The notes below the pieces were generated by a model. That model worked only from the letters and a program-made list of their open reading frames with translations, was not told the DNA's origin and did not search any database. The position numbers were made by a program, and so were the translations under genes. From assembly GCA_964016885.1 (NCBI GenBank), contig OZ024740.1:353834001-353898000 (forward strand): DNA of 64,000 nt, given 5' to 3'. Source of the stretch: Eledone cirrhosa. Its lineage: Eukaryota. This document shows, piece by piece, positions 13,871-26,465 of the stretch (positions are counted from its first letter, which is position 1; each line of letters opens with the position of its first letter).

Positions 13871-15636
13871 TATCTATCTATCTACATTTCTTTCTTTCTT
13901 TATTTCTTTATTTATTTCTTTCTTCCTTCATTTCTTTCTATCTATCTAACTATTTATCTCTTTGTCTGTCTTTCTATCTCGTTTTCTCATTCTTTACTTT
14001 CTTTTCTTTCTTTACTTTTCACATTTCACTCTCTCTTATTCAACTCCCCTCTTCCTCTCACATATCCTTTTCGGGCCTTTATTTTCCTCCTTCATCTTTT
14101 TTCTCATCCATTTACTTCTTTTCTGTTTTTTTTCCTTTCCCCATCATTCTTTCTTTTATTATCTCACAGTCTTTCGTTTTCTTTCTTTCTTTCTCTTCTC
14201 ATTTTCTTCTCTTTCGTTTCAGTCGTTTTTTCTTTCTTCCAATTTTTATTCACTTATTTCTATTTTCTTCCAATTTTTTTTCAATTCTCTGAATATTCCC
14301 CGTTCTCGTCGCTTATATAATTTACTTTACCTTCTATTTATCTAACAACGAGTCGTCTGCTTTTTTTAGCCACGCCTACCACTATCTATTATAATTTCCC
14401 CCTTTCTTTTCTTTCTTTCTTTCTCTATCCTCTCATAGACACCCTCTCTCATTTTTGTTCCCAATTCACTCGTTTATTTTCTCTATTGAGCCTCCACGCC
14501 CACATCTTTTTCTCTTAGACCTTTTCTCATGCAAACTCGCCCCTCCAATCTCCTTTTCTCTTTGCTTTCCAATTCTCTTTTTCTCTATCTCTTCACATTT
14601 ACTCATTCTCTCCACCTCTCTGTCTGCATGTATGTTTCCCCCATATCTATCCCCATCTCTCCACCTCCCTCTTTCTGTCTCTTTCTCTGTATATCAACCG
14701 CCCTACTTTGTTCTACTTCTTATTCTCCTTATCTTTCATTATCTCCTATTTGCATACACATTCTCAACCACTACTAAACACATCCTACCGAGCCGCCGAA
14801 GGAGCCTCTCCGTGGTGGTTTGGTCTGCTAAAAATAGTAGCCCAATCTCCCTCAAATCATCCCAGCGTCATAGAAACACAACCAATTAAATAATTGTTTC
14901 TACTTTAGGCACAAGGCCAGCAATTATCCAGTGCATTGCTGGTACTTCATTTTATCGACCCTGTAAGGATGAAAGGCAAAGTAAACCTCGGCGGGATTTG
15001 AACTCAGATCGCAAAGGGACGTAACTATGCTGGAAAGCATGGCGTCCGATTCTCTACCGGTGCTGCCAATCCACCGCCCTTAAATAATGTGATCCAGGAT
15101 TACCTGCACATAAGAAAATGCTATGATGGTCACGGGAGGACCATTTTATTCAATTTCTTTTTTAAATATAGGAAAATTGTCTTGATAATAGGACACATAA
15201 GCTTCCCTAACAGAAAACATTGGCATTAGCACCTACCCTACAGGAATGCTGCCACTGTGCCCTATAGTATGAACATTCGATGTAGTATAGACTAAAATGA
15301 AACTATTTCAATCATATTACACCATCATTAACTCAATACATTACAAGCTAAAAAGAATATTTTGTAGAGCTACATTTATACAAATTATATTTAAGTGTAA
15401 TTATGTACAGCATATTAAAAGTAAGCATTGAAGCAACAATACATTTTAAAGAAAACTATTTTACCATACCTACAAACGTATATATATATATATATATATA
15501 TATAGTTATATATATATATATATATATATATAGTTATACTTTGGGAGGGTCATGCTGCCAATAAAAACACGCGCACTTGTTGGTTTTCACTTCAATTTAT
15601 TATAAATTTCCGGTTGGTTTGTTATGTGCTGCACAC
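13871..15636 (+). repeat. Copy 2 of the 1766-bp direct duplication
   Basis: See copy 1. Confidence 0.95.
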
Positions 15637-15928
15637 AACACACAAAAACAAAATGGTGTAGGACAGAACAAAGGAGGGACACAAAATAAAATCCAGTCAC
15701 TGAGGAGGTCACAGAATATATGACGAAACAGCTTTGACAATATATAAACAACCATCCGGTTATCGAACCAACCAACCAACTAGCCAACCGGAAATTTATA
15801 ATAAATTGAAGTGAAACAACTGGTGCGTGTGTTTTTATTGGCAGCATGACCCTCCCAAAGTATAACAATATCTGTGTCAACACACGTTTTCAGATAAAAA
15901 ATCTTGCAAAACAAATTCAAAAACGAAG
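15533..15928. mobile_element. Fold-back/MITE-like element with ~90-bp inverted arms (gttatactttgggagggtca...tgaccctcccaaagtataac) and a ~60-bp one-sided extension
   Basis: Same family at 33584-33698 and 33712-33940. Confidence 0.75.
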
Positions 15929-15960
15929 TAATATATATATATATACACACACACACACAC

Positions 15961-16019
<59 letters not shown>

Positions 16020-16059
16020 CGTTTAGCATCCGTATAGCAGGGCCTTAAAAACACAGGCA

Positions 16060-19000
16060 TTATGCAAAGAGTGGTTTATGTTTCTTGTGATGCCCCAGAC
16101 TCGTTTATCAAGCTTCCCGAAAACAAGACACACTTTCGCAATACTGTGATCTATTTAAGCATCGAGGGTACCATATCTACTAAGTGTACTTCCGAGATAC
16201 TCAAAGGTGTCCACCACCTCAAGTCCTTTTCCTCTCCAAAATATCAGTCTCCACATACACCTTCTCAACTAGTCGACTGTACATGGCCTTTGTCGTTTTT
16301 ATGCTAATATTTAGACCTAACGCAATGCATACATTGGAAAATGTGTTCAATATCAACTTCATGTTCTCCACACTATGTGCCGCAAAATCTGCATCAACAG
16401 CATAGAGGAACTCCCTGACAAGAGTGCCAAGTGTTTTGAACGTGGGAGATAAAACCTCTTAGATTAAAGACTTTATCAGAGGTACTAATTCGCAATGTCA
16501 CCCTGCTTGACACCGTTTTATACTGATGGCCCTGAAAGTATCCCACTGAATTTTGCTTTCATATTTTGATGGAGTTTTTTTTTTAATATTCCAACATATT
16601 CAGGAGAGCATCCAAGTTTCCCCAATATGACACAATGCACATCGATTAACAGTATCGAAGGCTTTGGTAATGTCCACAAATACTTAGTACCGTGGCACTC
16701 GCCGTTCAACACACTTTCCCATAAGCTGAGGGGCTGAGAACATCATTTTCATAGTGCCCCGTCAAGCTCTGAATTTACACTGTATCTCAGGGAGGGCAGC
16801 AGGACATATTTATTTCATTATACGATTCAGGAAGACCTTGGATAAACATTTTCTTACCGATTCGAGCAGATTTATACCACGATAATCCTTGCATTCAGAT
16901 TGAAGCCCTTGCCCTTATCTATCAACAGCAAAATTACATCTACACAGTCTTGCGAAACAGACTCACCATACCATACCGATATGACTAGTATGTGAATGTT
17001 GATAGCAACATTGTCTCCTCCAAAACGGATGGATAAGCTCAACAGGTATTCCATCCAAACCTGGATATTTTCTGTTTAGCACTTTCATAGTAGACCTTGT
17101 CTCAACGATGATTGAGTACTTCATCATCTCTGTTACAGTCTCCTTTTGTGGCATTTCATTAATAATTTCTTCATCAACTACAGATGTGTTATCAAACAGA
17201 TCCTTAAACAGATTCCTGCAGGATCTTTGAAGAGAACATTACCATCTTTTTACTTCAAGGGTGCCACTTTTGAGGGCTGTGAGACAAAAACTCGCGTTAT
17301 TGCGCTGTATAATGCCTTCAAGTCTCTGCAGTTATAAACCCTCTGTATCTATCTTGAAACTTCAGACCTCCAGTTATTCTTCATCTTTCGGGTTTTACAT
17401 TGCACCTTTGACGTTGCTTCTTTGAAGGCCTTCTCAAAAGTTGTGCTTACCGGACTCTCTGCAACAAGGCACCTCGTGTATTGCTTATTCTTCTCTACAA
17501 TGAGCATGGTGATTGCAAAATCCTTATCATCAAATCAGTCTCTGTATTTCAAGCAGTACACAAGTTCCATCAATGACAACGTTGTCAAGTGCATTACGAA
17601 GAGCAACTCGCGTTTCTAAACATTGCAGTTTGGACTACATCTGTACGATTTGACACTTGTACTCCTGCGGACCTCACTCTTCTTCTGATGTGCACCTTCA
17701 TCTTGCCTCGTACAAGTCTGTGGTCTGTACCACCTTCTGCATTACTCTTACAGAGTAGATATCCTGGAGGTCTCTCTCTTCCTGGTGATGATATAATATT
17801 TGATATGTCCATGCTTGGGTCTCAGGTGTATCTATGTTGCCCTGTGGATTTCCTTTTGCTGAAAAAAACATTTTCTCCTCTTATTGCGCACGACCAGCTC
17901 AGACTCAGTGCATAATTGCAAAAGGAAAATACATTTATCTTGCCTATGCCATGACGCTCTAAAACACTCCAGATGTGGTCATCCTTTTCCACACGTGTAT
18001 TGAAATCTCCAAGAAGTAAGATTATGTCCGAATGGGGAACCGATGTTATACACCATCGTAAATTTTGATAAAAAGCCATGATTGATCCATAGTCACTATC
18101 ATGGATATGGGCATACGCCAAAATGACAGTCATGAAATGTTCCATTGAAAGAGGAACGCTTAGGTGCCTGATTCGATCAACAATGACTGGCGGTTGCTCC
18201 AGCCACTTTGTGATCCCTATCCGAGCAGCGAAACCTATTCCTCCTAATCTGTTTTCCTCATTTGGTTTCCATTTCCAGAAGAACGTATTGCCAGCACTCC
18301 TCTCTGATAAATGACCTTCACCACTAAGAGTTTCAGAGAATGCAGCTATATCAAGCTTAATGATGGAACAAACAATGTTTGGGTCACCTTTTCTAGACTT
18401 CTCCCAAGATTTGGGCGGGAAGTGTTCTCCCTTGGAAGGATTGCTAAGTCAAAAAACTCCGCCCAAGCCAGTCCCTATTCCGAAAAGTAGCAATGACATT
18501 AAATAAGTCTTAAGGTGCCTGCGTGTAGTTTAGCAATTGGATACCTCCAGCTCATTAGGTTTGTATAAACCGTTGTTTCCCCATCGCCCCAGGAATTTGA
18601 AGAGATATCTGCACAAAGAGATCAAAGTAGAATGTTCTGTGCTACACACATGCAGCTCTCTAAGTATAACAGCCAGTATCCAATGACTCGCAGGATGCAA
18701 AATGATCGGTAGCTGTATCTACTGCAGGTTTTTCAGTGTCTCGCAGCAAAAAAAAAAAAAATTATTGGAAGCTATATCAGCCACAGTTTCTTCCAGATAT
18801 ATGAATAAATAGGATAAATAAATAAATAAGATAAACTGAAATAAAAAAGAGTTATTTAAAAGTTTAAAGGTAAAAAAAAGGAATAAATAATTCACGCGCA
18901 CACACACACATGCACGCACGCAAACAACCACCCCACCCACCCATATATACATACCCCCACAATATATACCTATGCGCACACTACTAGATGGCCACTGACT

Positions 19001-19152
19001 CTTAAGAGTTCCTCTGCCCTTTGTCAGGTATTATTTTTCATCCCGCAGGGTGTCCAAAAGCTTGGTGGGGTTGCTGGTTAGTTGCTGATGACCTGACCAT
19101 GCGACAGGTTGTACTGAGTTACATGTGACCAGTAGCACTCAGGAGTAACCTC
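16060..19152 (-). mobile_element. Old, near full-length RTE LINE pseudogene (5' UTR ~18420-19152 interrupted, APE endonuclease ~17650-18360, RT ~16290-17100)
   Basis: MTVILAYA..IILLGDFNTRV, TDHRLV, KYPGLDGIPVEL, LGCSPEYV; many stops and frameshifts. Confidence 0.85.
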
Positions 19153-19180
19153 ATGCATACACACACACAGAGTCAGACTC

Positions 19181-19303
<123 letters not shown>

Positions 19304-19373
19304 GTGTAGTTAGTACGAAGCATTGTGAGATATCGGTCTTTTATTATACACACACACATATATATATATATAC

Positions 19374-19562
19374 ATATGGTATCTGCCTGTTTTTAGCGGC
19401 CGACAAGGTTGTTAGAACTCCATATACAATGGAATCTTATAGGATGACAGCCTACTACAAAAACAATAGCTCTTACCGCAAGATCTCGTAATGAACTCTT
19501 CCAGTGTGTATGGAGTTCTAACAGCCTTGTCGGCGCTACCAAAAACAGGTAGATACCATATG
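19374..19562. repeat. Fold-back inverted repeat with ~62-bp arms, abutting an HHR family A pLTR
   Basis: catatggtatctgcctgttttt..tggaa / ttcca..aaaaacaggtagataccatatg. Confidence 0.85.
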
Positions 19563-19563
19563 T

Positions 19564-19688
19564 ATGATGATTTCCTTCGAATGAAACAGTTCTAGTCCTG
19601 TAGAAGCCATTTCTATATCAAATATCTATACTCAGCTATGTATTGAGTACTTTACTTACTGTGGTTACCCCCGATTGAACTCTGGATA
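19564..19688 (+). mobile_element. pLTR-like repeat, HHR family A, 5' stem I strand missing
   Basis: tgatga-tttccttcgaat-GAAA-cagttctagtcctg-TA-gaagcc plus the same downstream tail as 1547-1621. Confidence 0.75.
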
Positions 19689-20699
19689 CACACACACACA
19701 CACACACATGTATGCGCGTGTGTGCTTGTGTGTGCGCGCGTGCATGTATATATATATATGTGCGTTTTATTTTCATAATCACGCATGATGTTAAACTAGC
19801 CTGCTTTTAAATTCCCTTTTTGGCATATTAATCAGTGAGAACTTGGTTACCTTGTTGAGCTGTGCTGATGAACGAAATCCAACCGTGACCATCCCCACTA
19901 AAAGTTTTCGTGAAACGGTCTTTTCAAGACTATACAGAGCATTTGAAATTATCCCAAATTGAGGGATGAGTACTTTAGACTTTGTTTTATCATGAGTTAA
20001 GGCTCTATTGATTTTTCCCTGGATTTCTCTAAATTCTGTTGGATAAATCTATATCCTGATTCTTTTTGAATTGAGTTTGAATTATTTTTCCCATATCTTA
20101 CGTTAACTATTTTCCCATTTTGACGCTATAGTCACTTATATTCTATGGAATATTGTTAGCTTCTCGCTACAATAATTTCTATACTTTTCATTTATATATA
20201 TATATATATATATATAACTTCTCGCTCTATTGGACAACTCGAACTGTACCTGTTATATGGCAGCTACAACATCGATCTATACCTAATATAATTATTACCC
20301 TAGATCCATGTATACGATCGATAACGGTTTAGTTATTTTTTGTTTCCTTTGAGAGCCTTTGTCTTGAGACTGTGAGAACTCCTTTGTTCTCAAACCCTGA
20401 AAATAACCGCCAAAACTTCGGTCAACCTAACCTTCCTCTTTTGAGAAAGGTCACGTGACGACGCACGAATTACTGCCATAGGTAATGCCTATAACAGTAA
20501 TTCGTATGTAATGCCTGAATTACGACTATAGGTAATGCCTCTGTCGTCATATCGAAATTTAGATCAGGAGCAAAACCTGCCGACGACGGGAACTCCAGTT
20601 CCATCGTGGAAGTGCACACATGTATTGCATGCGAATTATTCAACTTGTTATGTAACTTCGAGGAGGAGGAGGAAGAAGAAGAAGACGAGTAAAGTTTTC

Positions 20700-21560
20700 C
20701 GCTCCAGCATCGAGTTAGTTATTGAATTGAGTGCTGTTGTAATATATCCAGGGATATTACTTGGTGTTTTAGCCAGAAGTTTGCAACCAATTGCTTGCCA
20801 TTGTCAATCTATCTGCGATTTCCATGTTCATGGTGTTGAGTTATATTTGTGGTCCTATTATGCATTCATTTTTTCCTTTTCTCTTCTAATCCATTGTCCA
20901 TTTTTTGTGGTGTTGATCTCTGCTACAAATCCCCTCCCCGCACCATGGCTGAAATTCTGACTTTTATAGAATCAATATCACCATTGCGACTCAATACACC
21001 AGATCATTCAGTCTGTCTATATTTAGAGAGTTCCTTGTCCTGACCAGAAATTCTCTCAAGGACTTCTTATATTTATATACTTTTTTATAGAAATGCTTAC
21101 TCCTTTCTAGTTTGGGAAGGCTTTTGCACCTATCCTTGTTTATTGATTTCGCAATGTACTTCTAATGTCTTTATTGCTTCCATTAGATCCTCCCCATATT
21201 AATTTTTATAAATTTGTTGTGACGTGGGTTTTTAAACTGCTTGTTGTTAAGTGAGGTGTTGTGAGTACATTTTTTGTTTGACACTATATTACGTCGTATG
21301 TTTCTTTGGCTTTTATTTTTTCATGTTTCGGTTTTTGTTATGCTGTGTATATTTTTGATTTGTTGTTCTGAATTGTATATTTCTTGTGAGGAATGCTCCA
21401 TAATTATTTTTCTTTGGTTTGGGTTCACGTTTATTGAATGTGTTATTGCCTCTGATGTGTTGTTTTCTTTCACAGGCTAGATCTTTTCTTTGAACAGTGT
21501 CATCTGATCCTTAGTTAAAGTAAATAACCACCTACTGAACCTTTTCATATCCGACGCGTG
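20700..21560 (-). mobile_element. Possible decayed N-terminal part of an R4/Dong-like non-LTR element
   Basis: Weak remnants such as LNDLVY*VA; heavily mutated. Confidence 0.3.
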
Positions 21561-23069
21561 GTTTGTAAAGGATTCTACCCAAACCTCGTGGCTTTATTAC
21601 ATGTTAGCTCATGGTCTACTGCTATGAGAGTTTGATGTGCCAAATTACGTAAAATTTAATACGAAAATAAAAATCATGCAGAAAACTTTAATGACTAACG
21701 TTCATAGATAAATATCTAATATACGACATTAGAAACCTTGCTTTTATTCACTGCGTTATGAATCAGGTTCTTTGCTATGAATCCTTTATAACACGCCATA
21801 CAGTTAACAATACAAGCACATAAAAACGTCAGCTAAAGACTGACATGCTACAAAAAACGGTGGAAGAATTTATTATTTTAAATTAAATATATTTCAATTG
21901 CATGAATCTGAAATTCGAAAAGAAGAGCTGTATGTTCTGATAACAATGACGAAATAGAAACACCAAGGTCTAGAAATATTAATATTCTATTAGCATACTA
22001 ATGGCTATAAACATTTACTGGATTAAAGCAAAAGCCCTGTTAGGATATTAATATATAATCTTTTATTTTATAGACATAAATGCTAAAAATACTATAACCT
22101 TGGGATTAGCCTGTTTGCTTCAGTAATGATTTTTATAAGGACCCACTCTATTAGCAATGGCCATCCTCTCCAGAGACTGTATATTGTCAAATAATATTTG
22201 TCATACCAATTCTGCATACAAAAATTTATAGTTTGATTTTTACTTTGATTATTTTATCTTGAAAATATAGTAAGAAATAGCGTCTTGGTTCCTAAATCAA
22301 TGCGAATGCTAATGAAATGAAAATAGATGTAATAAAAAGGTAGCAACTTTTACACATCTTAGAGTTGATTTAGTCTGGATCCCAAATACATCTTAGTCAG
22401 TGTTCGCAGAGCAAAATGCCATCACTCCGTTCCAATTATTTATACCTATAGGTAAAATAATAAAATCGAAGAAAACCAGCTATGTTTTTCAGTGGTAACA
22501 ATGCATACAAATAGTTCAATAAATGGAATGTATTTTATACCACGAGGAAGAAAAGAATTCTAAACTTTCGGGTGTTTGTCTTTCGGGAGAAACATTTGTC
22601 TTGTTATTACTAGACCACGAAAGTATTGAAGTGGGATAAATGTGCAACGGTGAGAGTATTGAGAAAATGATATGGGTAGTGTGAGTAGTGTGTGAAAAGT
22701 AAATTGTGGTCAAGGAGTGATAAAGTAGCAGGATACGGGCCAGGTGAAATGACCAGACCAAGTGGATGAGGGAGTACATTAAGAGAGAAGGGTGGACAAA
22801 GTAAAACAAAGGCTATGGAGAAGAAACATCTACAGTATAACATGGTCACAAACAAGGATGGTGGTGAGAAGAGGCAGGAATGACTCAGTGGGCAAACATG
22901 GTCAATATTGGGACGGAATTGATGAGGATACAAAAGTAAAGCAGAGATAAAGTGCAATATCTGCAAGAATTGAAAGTGTATTCATATGCAGGAACAAATA
23001 ATTCACATTTACATACATTTCCATATCTATATATCTATCTATCCAACACACACACACATATATATAGAC

Positions 23070-23109
<40 letters not shown>

Positions 23110-23365
23110 TTATATATATATATATATATAACCTGTTAGTTCTTTCGTTACTTTGGTATTGTGTGGTTAGGTTTTGCTACCACAATGTTCAATTTGTCAA
23201 GCTATTTAAACGTATGTTATTACTTTAAGGACCTACCCTTATTGAGTGCTTTGCTAACTCATTCATATTGTAGGTCGACTTTGCTTGCCCACAGCCAAAG
23301 CTTCGATTTTACTAAGCTTCCACTTGTATATATATATTTATATATATACATATATATAATATTGA

Positions 23366-23509
23366 AATGTCTTCTACTCTACAGTACTAGAACTATTTCA
23401 TTCGAAAGAAATCACCAGGAAAGCCTTTCTATATTAATTTTTTTATATACTCTATTAATGTATTGAGTACTTCACTTACTGTGGTTACCCCCAATTGAAC
23501 CTGGGACTC
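23366..23509. mobile_element. HHR family A pLTR with the ribozyme core inverted relative to its tail
   Basis: Minus strand reads ggctttc-CTGGTGA-tttctttcgaat-GAAA-tag..ctg-TA; plus strand continues gaaagcc..gtattgagtac..gtggttacc. Confidence 0.7.
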
Positions 23510-23510
23510 A

Positions 23511-23587
<77 letters not shown>

Positions 23588-23670
23588 ATCTCTCTCTCTC
23601 TCTCTCTCCCTCTCCCTCTCTGTCTATATATATGTGTGTGTGTGTTCATTCTTTAAGGCTAAATAGTAAG

Positions 23671-23719
23671 TCTTGTTACACTGGAGTTTCGCCTGTTATC
23701 ACTGGATCATCAGACAAGA
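23671..23719 (-). ncRNA. Type I hammerhead ribozyme, stems II and III partly decayed
   Basis: tcttgt-CTGATGA-tccagtgataacaggc-GAAA-ctccagtg-TA-acaaga. Confidence 0.7.
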
Positions 23720-24057
23720 ACTAACGTTTCAATAGCAGACACAACATAAATAAAGGAAAACTCGAGGTGAGTGAGGGCGAATTGAGAAGGGGGAAATTAG
23801 GATAGGGTGGACAGGCTGGTGGGATTAGTGGGAGGTAGGTGATGAATGTGAAGATGGGTATTTACGGGGTTATTGGAAAGGTTGGTGGGATTGGTAGGAT
23901 AAAGTGGTGGAAGAATATACATGTATAATATTATACATGCACATAAATGTACATACATACTCACAAACATATATACACATATGTAGGTGCTTACATATAT
24001 GTAAATATATCTATATATACACAAACACACCTATACATATAAAAGACATTAAAGGAA

Positions 24058-24088
<31 letters not shown>

Positions 24089-24191
24089 AGAAAGTGAGGT
24101 TTTTTTTACAAAATGAAAAATAACCGAGGTGTCCTACACGAGTGGAAGTATAAAGATGTGAGAAAAACCACAGAGCCTCCATCTCAACTCA

Positions 24192-24229
24192 CCTTTTGAA
24201 AAGCAGAAGAACTGCGAAACCGGTAAAGG
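24192..24229 (+). ncRNA. Minimal type I hammerhead ribozyme with U3-A8 core variant
   Basis: cctt-TTGAAAA-gcag(aagaa)ctgc-GAAA-ccgg-TA-aagg; palindromic ACCGGT; AATAAA at 24235. Confidence 0.7.
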
Positions 24230-24298
24230 AACCAAATAAATATATATATTTTAAAAAAAAATAAGACTTCAGTTGCATTTTCGATTTCATCTCTTTTT

Positions 24299-24362
<64 letters not shown>

Positions 24363-24372
<10 letters not shown>

Positions 24373-25160
24373 GCATCCATGAGATGCTGCATATCAATCT
24401 CAGTGTGCGCTACCAGGTCACAGTCGTCTGCATAAAGCAAATCCCTAATTAGTGACAAGTGAACCTTTGACTTAGCATTGAACCTCCTGATATTAAACAG
24501 CTTTCCAGTTGATCGATAGCGAACATATATACCATGATTGCAGTTCCCGAAGGCCTATTCGAAGACAATGGAGAAGTACAAAGCAAAGAGCGTTGGAGCT
24601 AGAATGTCACCCTGTTTGACTCCATTCTCGACCGTCACCGGCTCAGAGAGCTTTCCACCAACATTTACCCATGCCTTCATGTCATCATGGAACAAACGCA
24701 AAATGGAAACAAACTTCTCAGGGCACCCCAGCTTCCTCAAGATATCCCATAAAGCCTTTCTGTTGACCGTGTCAAACACCTTTGTCAGATCAACAAACAC
24801 CTGGTAGAGATCCACATTCTGCTCAACACACTTTTCCTGCAGTTGTATGGCTGTAAAGATCATGTCCACAGTGCCACGCCCAGCCCGAAAGCCCGATTGC
24901 GACTCTGGTAGAGCCTCATCACCAATGTGGAGCAATAGACGGTCCAACAGAATTCTACAGAGGACTTTGCCGACAACAGACAACAATGATATCCCACGAT
25001 AGTTTCCATAGTCATCCCTGTCTCCCATTCCCTTGTACAAAACAACCATCACAGCATTCTTCCAGTCATCGGGAACATGATTGTTGTTCCAGGCATCCAG
25101 AACCAAAGAATGAAATCGGTGCAAGAGATTCTCTCCACCGTGCTTCAAGATCTCAGCGTG
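24363..25160 (-). mobile_element. Inverted 5' segment of an RTE LINE (RT core)
   Basis: NYRGISLLSVVGK, ESQSGFRAGRGT, FVDLTKVFDTV, GVKQGDILAPTLF, LLYADD. Confidence 0.92.
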
Positions 25161-26316
25161 TACTGCATTGGGACTTACCAGAAGCCTGAAAAAGACAGTA
25201 GCCATGTACCAACCAGCCCCTGGGAAGCCATTTTGTGAGCCCAACATCTTGGTTTATGGTGAACGGCTAAGGGTCGTTGGCAGTTTTGTATATCTTGGAA
25301 GCACTCTGAGTATGTCCTGCGATCTTGATGGGGAAATATCAAACAGGATACAGAAAGCCAGTGATGCTTTTGGAAAACTGAACAAGCGTCACTGGTCTCA
25401 ACACGGAATTTCGGTAAAGACAAAGCTCAAAGTGTATCACGCGTGTGTGCGCGCGGCACTTCTTTATGCTTGTGAGACGTGGGTGGTCTACCGTAGACAG
25501 ATGAAGCGACTTGAGAGGTTCCACCAGTAATGCTTACGTCAGATCCTCGGCATAACATGGCAAATGTTTATCAGTGACGTCGAGGTTCTGAACAGAAGTG
25601 ACTGTGATAGTGTTGAATCTTTGATTTTGAAACATCAGCTGCGCTGGACAGGTCATCTTGTAAGGATGAATGACAAGCGAATGCCGAAGCAGCTGCTTTA
25701 TGGCGAGCTCCAAATGGGAAAAAGGAACGCGAGCAAACCCAAGATGCGTTTTAAGGACTGAATCAAGGGGGCGCTCAAGAAAAGTAACATCCCTTGTGAG
25801 AACTGGGAAGCATGCGCTAGCGACAGATCGCAGTGGAGGAAAGCAGTGGTTAGTGGCAAGAGTCTTTTTGAGGAAACAAGAAGAAGGCACGCGACACTAA
25901 AAAGAGATGTCCGGAAAGGAATCCATGTTGGCCTTCCCGAAGGCAGACAGACGGCCTGACCTGACATGTGAAACCTGTATAGGGTTTGTCTGAGCATTGC
26001 AGGTCTAAAGAGTCACCTGAGAGTGCACAAGAACAGGGAAGCAGGCACCTGTGGAGCTATAAGTGTTGATCAGACGACGACATGTGATGTTTGTGGAAGG
26101 GTATGCAGGTCGAGTAGTGATCTCACACGACATCTCGGGTCACATGGTGCCATAGGCCCAGCACTAGGTGTCAATAATTGTCACAAGTGTAGTGTTTGTA
26201 CCAGAGTTTTCAAGTCGCTGGCTGGACTAAAAAGCCACACTCGTTCAGCGCATCGGTAGGGGTTCTCCTACATGGATATAAAGTAGTGGCCGTAATCGAA
26301 AACGAGTTGGCAGCCA

Positions 26317-26320
<4 letters not shown>
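25156..26320 (+). mobile_element. Non-inverted 3' segment of the same RTE LINE, with zinc fingers and 3' UTR
   Basis: ALGLT..FVYLGS..LLYACETW..QLRWTGHLVRM..C2H2 fingers; ends gcagccaccat. Confidence 0.92.
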
Positions 26321-26355
<35 letters not shown>

Positions 26356-26358
<3 letters not shown>

Positions 26359-26433
26359 CGTGTTCCAAAATAATGCATACACATATTTATTAGAATGCTG
26401 TTGAAGTGTCTATACATTTTTTGGGATACCCTG
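26356..26433. mobile_element. 78-bp Tc1/mariner-type MITE
   Basis: TA-cagcgtgttccaaaataatgcatacac ... gtgtctatacattttttgggataccctg-TA. Confidence 0.7.
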
Positions 26434-26465
26434 TATTTATAAATGTATATATATATATATATATA

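Noticed and set aside
19860-19900. ctgatgaacgaaa as a minimal hammerhead
   Set aside because: No stem I or III pairing; appears to be part of another dispersed repeat
22550-22610. Degenerate HHR-like remnant on the minus strand (similar case at ~3350-3395)
   Set aside because: Too many core mismatches to support
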